Shown here one piece after another: positions 19,928-28,164 of a stretch of 64,000 nucleotides of DNA. Each line of letters opens with the position of its first letter. The stretch's first letter is position 1. The stretch covers positions 8,471 through 72,470 of the forward strand of contig JACPOE010000012.1 in NCBI GenBank assembly GCA_016185105.1. The letters run 5' to 3'. This DNA comes from Bdellovibrio sp. Lineage in GTDB: Bacteria; Bdellovibrionota; UBA1018. Made by a program: the position numbers and the translations under genes. The notes beneath the pieces are model-generated. The model searched no databases, was not told the DNA's origin, and saw only the letters and a list, made by a program, of their open reading frames with translations.

Positions 19928-20219
19928 TTGGGATTCTTTACTCGACTCCCTAGGGACACGCAACTTTTAAACAAGAAGTCAGCAGGGGTTAGGCCCTAGA
20001 TAGATTCCTGGAATCATTGGATTGATCTCTCTTTTTTGGAGGGAAAATATTTTGGGGAAAGAGACTTGCAATACTATACTATTTTAGTATACTTTTATTA
20101 AGCTAACCCTTTTAGAGGAAACTATGCGGGAACTTGTGTCGCTTAGCGTTATGATTTGGAGTCTGACTCTGATTTCGATCTATTTCTGACTAAAGGACAG
20201 GCAGACTTAGAAAGAAAAA

Positions 20220-20257
20220 GAGCAAACCGGGGTTGCCCTCGATTTGCTCCCTTTTTT
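20220..20257 (-). terminator. rho-independent terminator candidate downstream of recA (hairpin GAGCAAA..TTTGCTC flanked by A/T runs on both sides)
   Basis: An inverted repeat at 20220-20249 is followed by a T-run on plus and preceded by AAAGAAAAAG, which gives a U-run for the minus-strand transcript. Confidence 0.45.
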
Positions 20258-20291
20258 AATGATTGTTACCGGCTCTATGAGGTCTAGAGCT

Positions 20292-21512
20292 TTACTTCTT
20301 CATCGGTGCTTTATTGGGGGCTGCCGCCGCGGGAGCAGCCTTTGCCGCCGTCGGTGCACCAACCGCTGCTGCTGCCGAAGCTGCAGGCGCCGATGGACTC
20401 GAAGCATCTGCTTTTTGCTGTGGGAGTTGAATCCCAGCTTTCTTCAGCACTTCTTCCCTGATCGTTTTCAAATGATGAGGATGCTCTTTTAGGTAGTTTC
20501 TCGCATTCTCACGCCCTTGCCCGATCCGTTCGTCTTTGTAGGTGTACCAAGTACCGCTTTTTTCAATGACATTCAGATTGGCAGCTAGATCCAAAAGGTC
20601 TCCTTCTTTGGAAATCCCTTCACCATACAAAATATCAAATTCAACTTCCTTAAACGGAGGTGCCATTTTGTTCTTAACGACTTTAACTCGGGTCCTGTTA
20701 CCGATCACATTTTCGCCGTCTTTCAAAGCCGCTATTCTTCGAATATCGAGTCGAACTGAAGAATAGAACTTCAAAGCATTTCCACCTGTCGTGGTTTCAG
20801 GATTGCCAAACATGACACCAATTTTCATTCGAATCTGATTAATAAAAATAACCAAGGTTCTGCTGCGATTGATGGTCCCTGTCAGCTTTCTCAGTGCTTG
20901 ACTCATTAGCCTAGCTTGGAGACCCATATGAGAATCTCCCATTTCACCTTCAATTTCGGCTCGCGGTACCAGAGCAGCGACTGAGTCTACAACTAGAAGA
21001 TCAATCCCACCGGAACGCACTAGCATATCTGCAATTTCCAAAGCTTGTTCACCAGTATCAGGCTGTGAAATCAAAAGATCATCGGTGCGAACTCCGAGCT
21101 TTCTTGCATAGTTCACATCTAGTGCATGCTCAGCATCCACAAAGGCAGCAACGCCTCCCTGTTTTTGAACCTCAGCCACGGCATGCAAAGTAAGGGTAGT
21201 TTTCCCAGAGGCTTCTGGCCCATAGATCTCAACAATTCTTCCTCGCGGAAACCCACCAATACCCAAAGCAATATCTAAACTCAAAGAGCCAGAAGGAACG
21301 GCACTGACATCCTGAGACACTAGAGATTCATTCATGCCCAAGCGCATGATTGATCCTTTGCCAAACTGCTTTTCAATCGCCTGAACTGCCAGATCGATTG
21401 CTTTATTTTTCTGTCCTTGTGCAGATTCTAGACCGGCACGCCTTTCCTGAACTTCCATCTTCACTTCTCCTTTGTTGATTTGGCAAAGGCTCTGACTGAG
21501 ACCTTTTTGCAC
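20292..21512 (-). CDS. recA: recombinase RecA with atypical Ala/Pro/Lys-rich C-terminal tail
   Basis: [15 protein letters not shown]...[20 protein letters not shown]. The start is possibly MEVQERR at 21458. The last 40 aa or so are [40 protein letters not shown]. Confidence 0.95.
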   Translation of the reverse strand: MQKGLSQSLCQINKGEVKMEVQERRAGLESAQGQKNKAIDLAVQAIEKQFGKGSIMRLGMNESLVSQDVSAVPSGSLSLDIALGIGGFPRGRIVEIYGPEASGKTTLTLHAVAEVQKQGGVAAFVDAEHALDVNYARKLGVRTDDLLISQPDTGEQALEIADMLVRSGGIDLLVVDSVAALVPRAEIEGEMGDSHMGLQARLMSQALRKLTGTINRSRTLVIFINQIRMKIGVMFGNPETTTGGNALKFYSSVRLDIRRIAALKDGENVIGNRTRVKVVKNKMAPPFKEVEFDILYGEGISKEGDLLDLAANLNVIEKSGTWYTYKDERIGQGRENARNYLKEHPHHLKTIREEVLKKAGIQLPQQKADASSPSAPAASAAAAVGAPTAAKAAPAAAAPNKAPMKK

Positions 21513-21740
21513 TTCTTTCTTTGCAATTTATGAAGCAACGAACGTACCACAAAAAAAAGAGCCTTCACCGAGAAAACCAGGCCCTGTAAAGAAATCCAGG
21601 CTGTAAGTCAGACTCAGTGTCTCAAAATTAGACGAAAAATTGAAAGAGTCGGTTTTCCCCCAGTTGACCAGACCAGTACCGTATCCGTTTTCAAATCCAG
21701 ATTGATGCTGTACCTCTAATTCGGATAAGCTTCCCCTAAG

Positions 21741-22985
21741 ATGAACAAAATCTTAGTTTCGGTGCTAAAAGCAAAATACGATTTTCGACCGGATGTGTTG
21801 GATATTATCATTGGCGGCAGGTCTTCCATTGACTCGGCCGAGGCCTTTCGAGTTCAAAACTTGGAGGAGACTCATCGCTTCATTGCCAGCTATGGGTATG
21901 ATCTCGATGACCCAATTGAAAAAGCTGAGGTTCTTGGAAATTACCACGAGGCTTTGAATTTCATCCGCAAGACCTTTTTACAACCCGACAACCCTGATGG
22001 CTTGAAGTTAGAAATTCCAAGGAAACTTTTAGAATTAGCAGATGTGAGAGAGCTTTTCCTTTTGGTGAGCATGAATTATCCAGGCCAGAGCTCAGACAGT
22101 GCCGGTAAACTCCTGAAAAACTGGGCTTGCAGCGTCTTGAAAGTAATGCACACAATTGCCCACATTGACAAGGACATGAGGACGTCTTACTTCCCAGATA
22201 TTCAAAAACAGATTTTAGATCGCTATTATAAATTTATTCACCGCGACGACGAGGGTCGTCTTTTTATGGGCGAGAGTCCAGATGACCCACTCAGAGTTGA
22301 ATTGGCAGCTTTTGAAACTAAACCTAAGAAATCAAGAAACTCCACTCTCCTCAAACTCCTCCACAAACCAGAGAATGTAGCTGAAGAGTTATTTGATCGG
22401 GTGGGGATTCGTTTTACCACGCAGACTCCACTTGGAACTCTGCGCGTCTTAAAATTTTTAAAAGATAAAATGATTCTCATGCCACCCAATATCAAGCCCA
22501 GCCGTTCCCGCAACACCCTCATTCAAGTAGAAAAATTCAAAGCAACACTGAAAGACGTTTTTGAAAGGGCGGAAAGGGAAGAGCTTACTGAAACACAAGT
22601 TCTTGCAGAACTCGAAGCAGCAGCACACCCCCCGGACGCAAACCCGGAAAACCCGCACTCGAGCGAATTTTACCGCTCTATTCAATTTACATCGCGACAG
22701 TTAATTAAATTAAGGAACCCCGTATTTGACGAACTGAAAGAGCTTAAGACTATTGCCCGCACGAAACCCCCTGGCGAGGAAATCACTAAAATCCTCGAAA
22801 GGATTGATTTAAAGAATATTCAGCGGGAAATCCGATTCTTCTATCCGTTTGAAGTTCAATTGATGGATCTAAAAAGTGCCGAAGAAAATGAGAAGGGACG
22901 CAGCGCCCACAGCGAGTACAAGAAAGCCCAGATTTCCACAGCAATGAAACGTGTCATGGGAAGCTTGTTTGATGGCGCTCGATAG
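21741..22985 (+). CDS. uncharacterised protein with RelA/SpoT-like nucleotidyltransferase motif (putative)
   Basis: KPKKSRNSTLLKLLHK...ENVAEELFDRVGIRFTT resembles the RelA/SpoT synthetase-fold blocks RvKs..S..rK...K...feei.D..GiRvi. Confidence 0.55.
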   Translation: MNKILVSVLKAKYDFRPDVLDIIIGGRSSIDSAEAFRVQNLEETHRFIASYGYDLDDPIEKAEVLGNYHEALNFIRKTFLQPDNPDGLKLEIPRKLLELADVRELFLLVSMNYPGQSSDSAGKLLKNWACSVLKVMHTIAHIDKDMRTSYFPDIQKQILDRYYKFIHRDDEGRLFMGESPDDPLRVELAAFETKPKKSRNSTLLKLLHKPENVAEELFDRVGIRFTTQTPLGTLRVLKFLKDKMILMPPNIKPSRSRNTLIQVEKFKATLKDVFERAEREELTETQVLAELEAAAHPPDANPENPHSSEFYRSIQFTSRQLIKLRNPVFDELKELKTIARTKPPGEEITKILERIDLKNIQREIRFFYPFEVQLMDLKSAEENEKGRSAHSEYKKAQISTAMKRVMGSLFDGAR

Positions 22986-24189
22986 CGACGTTGCTCTTTT
23001 AGGAACAGGAGTGGCCCCTCTGATTGCGGCAAACCATTTGCTAAGTCAGGGAAAGTCCGTCCTATTACTCAACCCAGATCTTGATTTTTTTCTTGAAGAC
23101 TCTGAGCTTTCACTCGATCCGCTTTTACATGGGAAGATCACCCTGGATCGGATCCAAAAGAGCACCCCTCAAAAAGCTCTTGCCACGCTGAGACCCGATT
23201 TTCCGGGTCCTTTGGAGTTCTGGACTTCCCATATGCAAAAAAAAAAACAGGGATTCCACGACCCAACAGCCCCGCATTTGCGCGAAAGGGATCGACTTTG
23301 GATCATGCCAGATCAAGGATCCCAAGACTTGAGTTGGAGCGAACTTGAAAATCTTTATGTCGAAGCAGAGGACTCTGGACTCAACCCCCAGATCCTGGAT
23401 GGTTTCAGCGCTACAAGAAAATTCCCCGGTAGCACTTCCAGTCAACCAGGCTTCCGAGGTTTGCTGATTCCCAAACTCTGCGACCTCGACATCATGCGCT
23501 ATCGTATTGGGTTGATGGAATTCATTCGAGAACGGCTAGGACCTAAGAACGTCGTTTGTGCGGTGAACCAGCTCGATTGGCTGCCCGGTGGAATTCGATT
23601 TAGGGCTGGAAAAACTGTGACCACCGCTCAATTGGGGCTCGGGCTTTTAGTTTTTTGGACCCCGCGTTTAACCAGCTGGATTTTTGGACAGAGCCGATCT
23701 TTTGAGGTGAGACCTCCCAGCCCCCTAGGTATTCGACTCTGGGAAGAATGGTCTTTAATTTCCCGTGATCCGCCAAATCCACAAGTGATTGGTAATTTTT
23801 CGGATCTGACCGTTTGGGCAGACTATGAAGGACCACCCTCAGTAGACCCCAATCGGACTTCTCGCTTAAGCGCTCTAAGACTTGGCCCGCTAGTCACTAA
23901 ACTCGCACAACATCCAACCGATAATCAGTCGAATTGGGCATCCTCAGAGTCCTTCTATTCTCTGGCCCGTCTGACTCAAGATTTCTTAAATTGGAATCAC
24001 ACAACCATTCGAGGAATGAAAGCAAAGGCGATTTTTGAATGGAAGGATGAAACTCCGTGGACTATGTGCAAGACTCACCCCCGTATCGAAATTGTCAGAG
24101 GGTGTGACGGCCCGCTGGTAGATGTGGTTCGAACGGCCAAAGCTTCCTGCGATCGAATCCTTACGGAGGACAATGAACTTCTCAATTAG
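22972..24189 (+). CDS. FAD-dependent oxidoreductase (DAO-type, HcnC/OoxB-like; putative small subunit)
   Basis: N-terminal dinucleotide-binding fold DVALLGTGVAPLIAANHLLSQGKSVLLLNPD. It overlaps the upstream gene by about 14 nt and the downstream gene by about 17 nt. Confidence 0.55.
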   Translation: MALDSDVALLGTGVAPLIAANHLLSQGKSVLLLNPDLDFFLEDSELSLDPLLHGKITLDRIQKSTPQKALATLRPDFPGPLEFWTSHMQKKKQGFHDPTAPHLRERDRLWIMPDQGSQDLSWSELENLYVEAEDSGLNPQILDGFSATRKFPGSTSSQPGFRGLLIPKLCDLDIMRYRIGLMEFIRERLGPKNVVCAVNQLDWLPGGIRFRAGKTVTTAQLGLGLLVFWTPRLTSWIFGQSRSFEVRPPSPLGIRLWEEWSLISRDPPNPQVIGNFSDLTVWADYEGPPSVDPNRTSRLSALRLGPLVTKLAQHPTDNQSNWASSESFYSLARLTQDFLNWNHTTIRGMKAKAIFEWKDETPWTMCKTHPRIEIVRGCDGPLVDVVRTAKASCDRILTEDNELLN

Positions 24190-26254
24190 AGATGGAAAAT
24201 TCGATCTTGTCATTCTTGGAGGCCCTCGAACTGAATTGTGGCCCTCCCCAGGGGTGCGCGTTCTTTCTACCTTGTGCGCAGAAGCGGGCCTGAGTGTGGG
24301 GCAATACGGAGGCGACTCGATTACAGTGCGAGGAATTGTTCCTTCATCTGGAACCGGAGGAATCGCAATTATCGAGGACAATCAGCATCGCATCCATCGG
24401 ATTCGAGCCCGCGCTATTGTCCGGGTCCTACCCGAGTCTCACTGGCCCGACCCCTTTGCTGGGTGGTTTTCTCCAGGCCTCATTCCTCTTCCCACGGCAG
24501 AAAAACTTTTTCGAGAAAGTGAGCTTCTTTGGGAACCGACCGTTGTGATCTTAGGATCAGGAAATTCTGCACTCCAATTTGGAACTTCACTCTTAGAAGC
24601 AGGCACGGAAGAGGTCCTGTCGATTGAGACCGCCTCAGGAGAGTGGGGAAAAAAGCCGATTTCGGGATGGGAAGTGCACCAACGTCGCTTTGAAATGGCC
24701 GGCGGTAAAATCCTTCAAGCGCGACCGGTGGAACTCGTCAACAAGGGGCCGATGAGCTGGCTCTTCCGGGTAAAGGACGCACAGGGAATCCGTGTCATCG
24801 AAACTACGCGAGTGGTCTCTGTCGGGCCTTTTCGAAATCAAATCGGCATTCGTGAACATCCTCCTGGATCTTGCCTCTATGAAATGGACCAAACTGCAAG
24901 CGCACTGCTCCAACAAGACGTGGAAGGTTGGCTTCTAGAAGAAGAACGCGGGAAGTGGCTTGCCGGAAAAATTGTTCGAGCGCTGGCTCTCAATCTTTCA
25001 AAAAAGAGCGAACTGGATCGCCTGGTTCGAAAAGCTCGCACCCGTTTGAAGCACTATTTTGACCACAGAGAATTTCCCCACCAGTCCACCTTTGAGGGCA
25101 AATGGCTTTCAATCGCAGAGAAAAAATTTGTTCATAATTTTGGTGGAGTCCCAAAAACAAAACAGCTGAGCGCCCCAGTGGCTTCAGTCGAATGCTTCGA
25201 AGATATCTCGTGTCAGATCTGCGAGAAAGTTTGCCCAACCAGCGCAATTTCAATCGGCCCAGAAGCCAGAAAGACCAACCAGATTCTTAAGGAAAGCCTT
25301 TGTACTGCGTGCGGCCTTTGTCTACGCACCTGTCCGAGCTCTGCGATCATCATGATCAAAGAAGCTGAAAACAAGCCCACCTCACAAATCACTTTACCGT
25401 GGTTTGGAAAACGTCCATGGCGAGTGGGAGAATCAGCAGTGTTGATGAATCGGCAGGGTGAGGCCCTCGGTTCGGCTCGAGTCAGCAAGGTCGACCCAGA
25501 AGCCGACACGCCGGAATTTTCGGCTAAGATCCGAAGCGCTGAAACCTCTCAACTTGTTCAACTTGAGGTCCCATCCCACTTAGCTTGGGAAGCTAGAGGC
25601 ATTCGAAGAAATCGAGCAAAGGCGACCGAAGATGAAGCCTACCTTTCTGCGGTCAATCGCTCTTCCTCACGAAGTGAAAAGGTTGAAGTTCTTATGAATG
25701 GCGAAAAGAGATGGGTTCGTGACCGCATTTCCATTTCTGTCGCGCTTTTTGAGACGGGGCAAAATCGTGCAGCAGACAATCTCCTCTGCAAGGATGGCTC
25801 CTGCGGCTTATGTCAAATTTCAGTGGATGGAGTTTCCAAATTGGCTTGCCAGACCAAGATTCATCGAGGGATGTCGATTCGAACGTCCGATCCGAAAGTC
25901 TTAGCAAACGAAATTGAAGACAAATCGAGCCCTCGAGGTCACTTGAAATTGGAAGGCTGGGGGCCTAGCCCGATCATCACACCTCCGCATGTCGGAGTTC
26001 AAGCAGAGCCCCCTCCTTCGAATGCGCTCTGCCCTTGCTTGGGCATCACTCTGGAAAAAGTCATTGAACGACTCAAACAAGGCGAAATTCATTCTCCCGA
26101 AGCTCTAAGGGCGATTACCCACGTCGGAGAAGGGAAATGCCATGGACAAATTTGTATGCCCGCTTTTATCCGAGCGATGAAGGAAAACGGAATCCCTGTT
26201 TCACAGTGGATCGACTGGAGATTTCCTTGGTCGGACTGGAAGGTTCATTCCTGA
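24173..26254 (+). CDS. multi-domain flavo-iron-sulfur oxidoreductase subunit (pyridine-nucleotide-disulfide-like folds, 4Fe-4S dicluster, 2Fe-2S ferredoxin-like, BFD-like 2Fe-2S)
   Basis: DLVILGG and VVILGSGNSALQFG are Rossmann motifs. CQICEKVCPTSAI and CTACGLCLRTCPSSAI form a 4Fe-4S dicluster. CKDGSCGLC...C is 2Fe-2S ferredoxin-like. CPCLGIT...GKCHGQIC is BFD-like. Confidence 0.6.
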   Translation: MNFSIRDGKFDLVILGGPRTELWPSPGVRVLSTLCAEAGLSVGQYGGDSITVRGIVPSSGTGGIAIIEDNQHRIHRIRARAIVRVLPESHWPDPFAGWFSPGLIPLPTAEKLFRESELLWEPTVVILGSGNSALQFGTSLLEAGTEEVLSIETASGEWGKKPISGWEVHQRRFEMAGGKILQARPVELVNKGPMSWLFRVKDAQGIRVIETTRVVSVGPFRNQIGIREHPPGSCLYEMDQTASALLQQDVEGWLLEEERGKWLAGKIVRALALNLSKKSELDRLVRKARTRLKHYFDHREFPHQSTFEGKWLSIAEKKFVHNFGGVPKTKQLSAPVASVECFEDISCQICEKVCPTSAISIGPEARKTNQILKESLCTACGLCLRTCPSSAIIMIKEAENKPTSQITLPWFGKRPWRVGESAVLMNRQGEALGSARVSKVDPEADTPEFSAKIRSAETSQLVQLEVPSHLAWEARGIRRNRAKATEDEAYLSAVNRSSSRSEKVEVLMNGEKRWVRDRISISVALFETGQNRAADNLLCKDGSCGLCQISVDGVSKLACQTKIHRGMSIRTSDPKVLANEIEDKSSPRGHLKLEGWGPSPIITPPHVGVQAEPPPSNALCPCLGITLEKVIERLKQGEIHSPEALRAITHVGEGKCHGQICMPAFIRAMKENGIPVSQWIDWRFPWSDWKVHS

Positions 26255-26255
26255 C

Positions 26256-27203
26256 CTAGTAATTCAGCTCCTGCAAAAATTTCTCAATCCTTAGATTCAC
26301 CAAATCAGGAAGGTCCATTTGAGGGCAATGGCTGCCATGATGAATGACCTCAAGCTGACTACGAGGAATGAGCTGCTTCATGAGCTCCTGCTGCTCCAAA
26401 GGAATCACTTTGTCCTTCTCACCCGACAAAATGAGCGTCGGAACATGAACGGTATGTAACCATGCAGTCGCATCGTAGGAGTCATAATTTTCAATCAAAT
26501 GAATCAAAATTGCGGGATCTGTATCGGCGACTTGATCGACATAAAGTTCAATATCCGCCTGCGGAGTCAAATGAGGGTTGAACCCCCCCAAACTCACCAA
26601 GGTCCTAGCAATCGGGTTTCCCCGTTGAGTCTTCCAAATGGTCCGAACAAGTTCAGGCGACTTGTCGTAAATCTTTCTTAAAAGTCGAAACCCAGCTTGC
26701 AGAGCATTATTTCTAAAAAGCGTTTCTAATGGGCGTTGAGCCGTCCCATTGGCCAAGACCATCCCCAAGACCCGTTGGGGCTGTTGGCGATAGAAATCCA
26801 ATACTACATTGACCCCCATACTATGGCCCAAAACTACTGCATCAGGAACATTCAGTTCATCTAAGACAGTGATCAGATCCCTAGCAATATTTTCAATGGT
26901 TAGGCTCGAAAGATTCTTTGGGACCTCTGAATTTTGGTGACCGCGGTAATCAAACCAAATCGTCTTATAATGGTTCTTGAAGTGTTCTATTTGATAGGTC
27001 CAATGCAGGCTGGAGCAAACCAGACCGTAGCAAAACACAAGGGGCTTACCCGTCCCCTCGACACTATAGAAAAGTTTCGTGCCGTCGAAGCTCTTTACAT
27101 ACCCGTGGGATATGGGGCGTTGGCCATTGGATCTCTCCCTCTCGGAGACACTTCTTTTTCGAGCCCCAAGAGGACGAGGTTTTGATGGTGCAGAAGTCCG
27201 CAT
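26256..27203 (-). CDS. alpha/beta-fold hydrolase
   Basis: Nucleophile elbow GHSMGV, HGW-like oxyanion region, and about 315 aa. Confidence 0.7.
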   Translation of the reverse strand: MRTSAPSKPRPLGARKRSVSERERSNGQRPISHGYVKSFDGTKLFYSVEGTGKPLVFCYGLVCSSLHWTYQIEHFKNHYKTIWFDYRGHQNSEVPKNLSSLTIENIARDLITVLDELNVPDAVVLGHSMGVNVVLDFYRQQPQRVLGMVLANGTAQRPLETLFRNNALQAGFRLLRKIYDKSPELVRTIWKTQRGNPIARTLVSLGGFNPHLTPQADIELYVDQVADTDPAILIHLIENYDSYDATAWLHTVHVPTLILSGEKDKVIPLEQQELMKQLIPRSQLEVIHHGSHCPQMDLPDLVNLRIEKFLQELNY

Positions 27204-27336
27204 GGAATTTCCCTTACCTGTGGCGGATCTATATCAATGCCAGACGTTTCGGTCAAGCCACCCGCCTATTCACCCCGACGAACAGGCGGGTGCTGTTTGA
27301 TGCACAAACTAAGAATAACCCTTCACGTTAACTTTA

Positions 27337-27783
27337 TTAAGTAGGCAGCACTGTCTTTGGGACTTTCAAGATACTCTCACACACAGTTGCAAATGCCTGT
27401 TTCGTCTTATGGTCTGAACTCCGATAGGCATCATACAGACTACGAACGAACTGATAGTCTTCGGACGCAACTACCAACGTAGGTAGGGCACCCTCGGCTG
27501 GCACGGACTCTAAAGACTTTCCCAACCTGCCGTTCAGCTTTAGCGCGTACTCTTTTTCTAGCAGGTTCATAATCTCTGAATCTGGAGTCATCAAGGCTTT
27601 GGCTAATATCGGAACGTGTACAGGAGGTAGAGGTGTGACGCCTCTTTCTACGTTGGAGATAAACTGTGTGCTCACAGCTGGAGTAAACAGCATCCCCAAT
27701 GCCCGCTGAGACATCCGTAGAGCCTCGCGACGTTTTCGAATGAAATCCCCCACCAATTTCAACCTTTTCATTGAATCAACCAT
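27337..27783 (-). CDS. XRE-family helix-turn-helix transcriptional regulator
   Basis: RKRREALRMSQRALGMLFTPAVSTQFISNVERG is HTH_XRE-like. It is divergent from the repeat-protein gene. Confidence 0.6.
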   Translation of the reverse strand: MVDSMKRLKLVGDFIRKRREALRMSQRALGMLFTPAVSTQFISNVERGVTPLPPVHVPILAKALMTPDSEIMNLLEKEYALKLNGRLGKSLESVPAEGALPTLVVASEDYQFVRSLYDAYRSSDHKTKQAFATVCESILKVPKTVLPT

Positions 27784-28043
27784 ATTTAAATAGTTTAATG
27801 CAGAGCGTTAATCCTGTCAATTAAGCCCCTTAAGTGCTCATATTAATTACACTTTTTTTATATAGTTAATCTGTTACATGAAGACATCGAATCGGATGAT
27901 AAATATCTTAAGTGGAATTTGGTTTAAGTTACATTAACGAACTTAAGTCACAGATCTCAAAAAATACCCTGGCTCAATGTGTTACTTTCTTTTTTATTTT
28001 TACAAAAAAATGTTTGACTCGCATCCAGCAAATGATTACTACG

Positions 28044-28064
28044 CGAGAACATAAATCTCTGAAT
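28044..28064. promoter_or_regulatory. perfect 9-bp inverted repeat AATCTCTGA-ATC-TCAGAGATT (candidate operator) about 100 bp upstream of the 28165 start
   Basis: Read directly from the sequence. It lies inside the 380-bp AT-rich divergent intergenic region, which also carries 4 copies of TTAAGT. Confidence 0.4.
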
Positions 28065-28164
28065 CTCAGAGATTAAACAGCTTGTGTTGGAGAGGGCCGA
28101 CACTATCTCGCTTGTTCAGGAGTTCCCGGGTCTCGTTCCACACCAAATTTAGGGGATATTTACT

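Noticed and set aside
21513-21740. Searched the recA upstream region for a LexA/SOS box (TTAC-N3-GTAA, GAAC-N4-GTTC)
   Set aside because: No clean match was found by eye. CGAACGTACCAC is only a partial resemblance. I cannot call an SOS box without knowing the taxon-specific motif.
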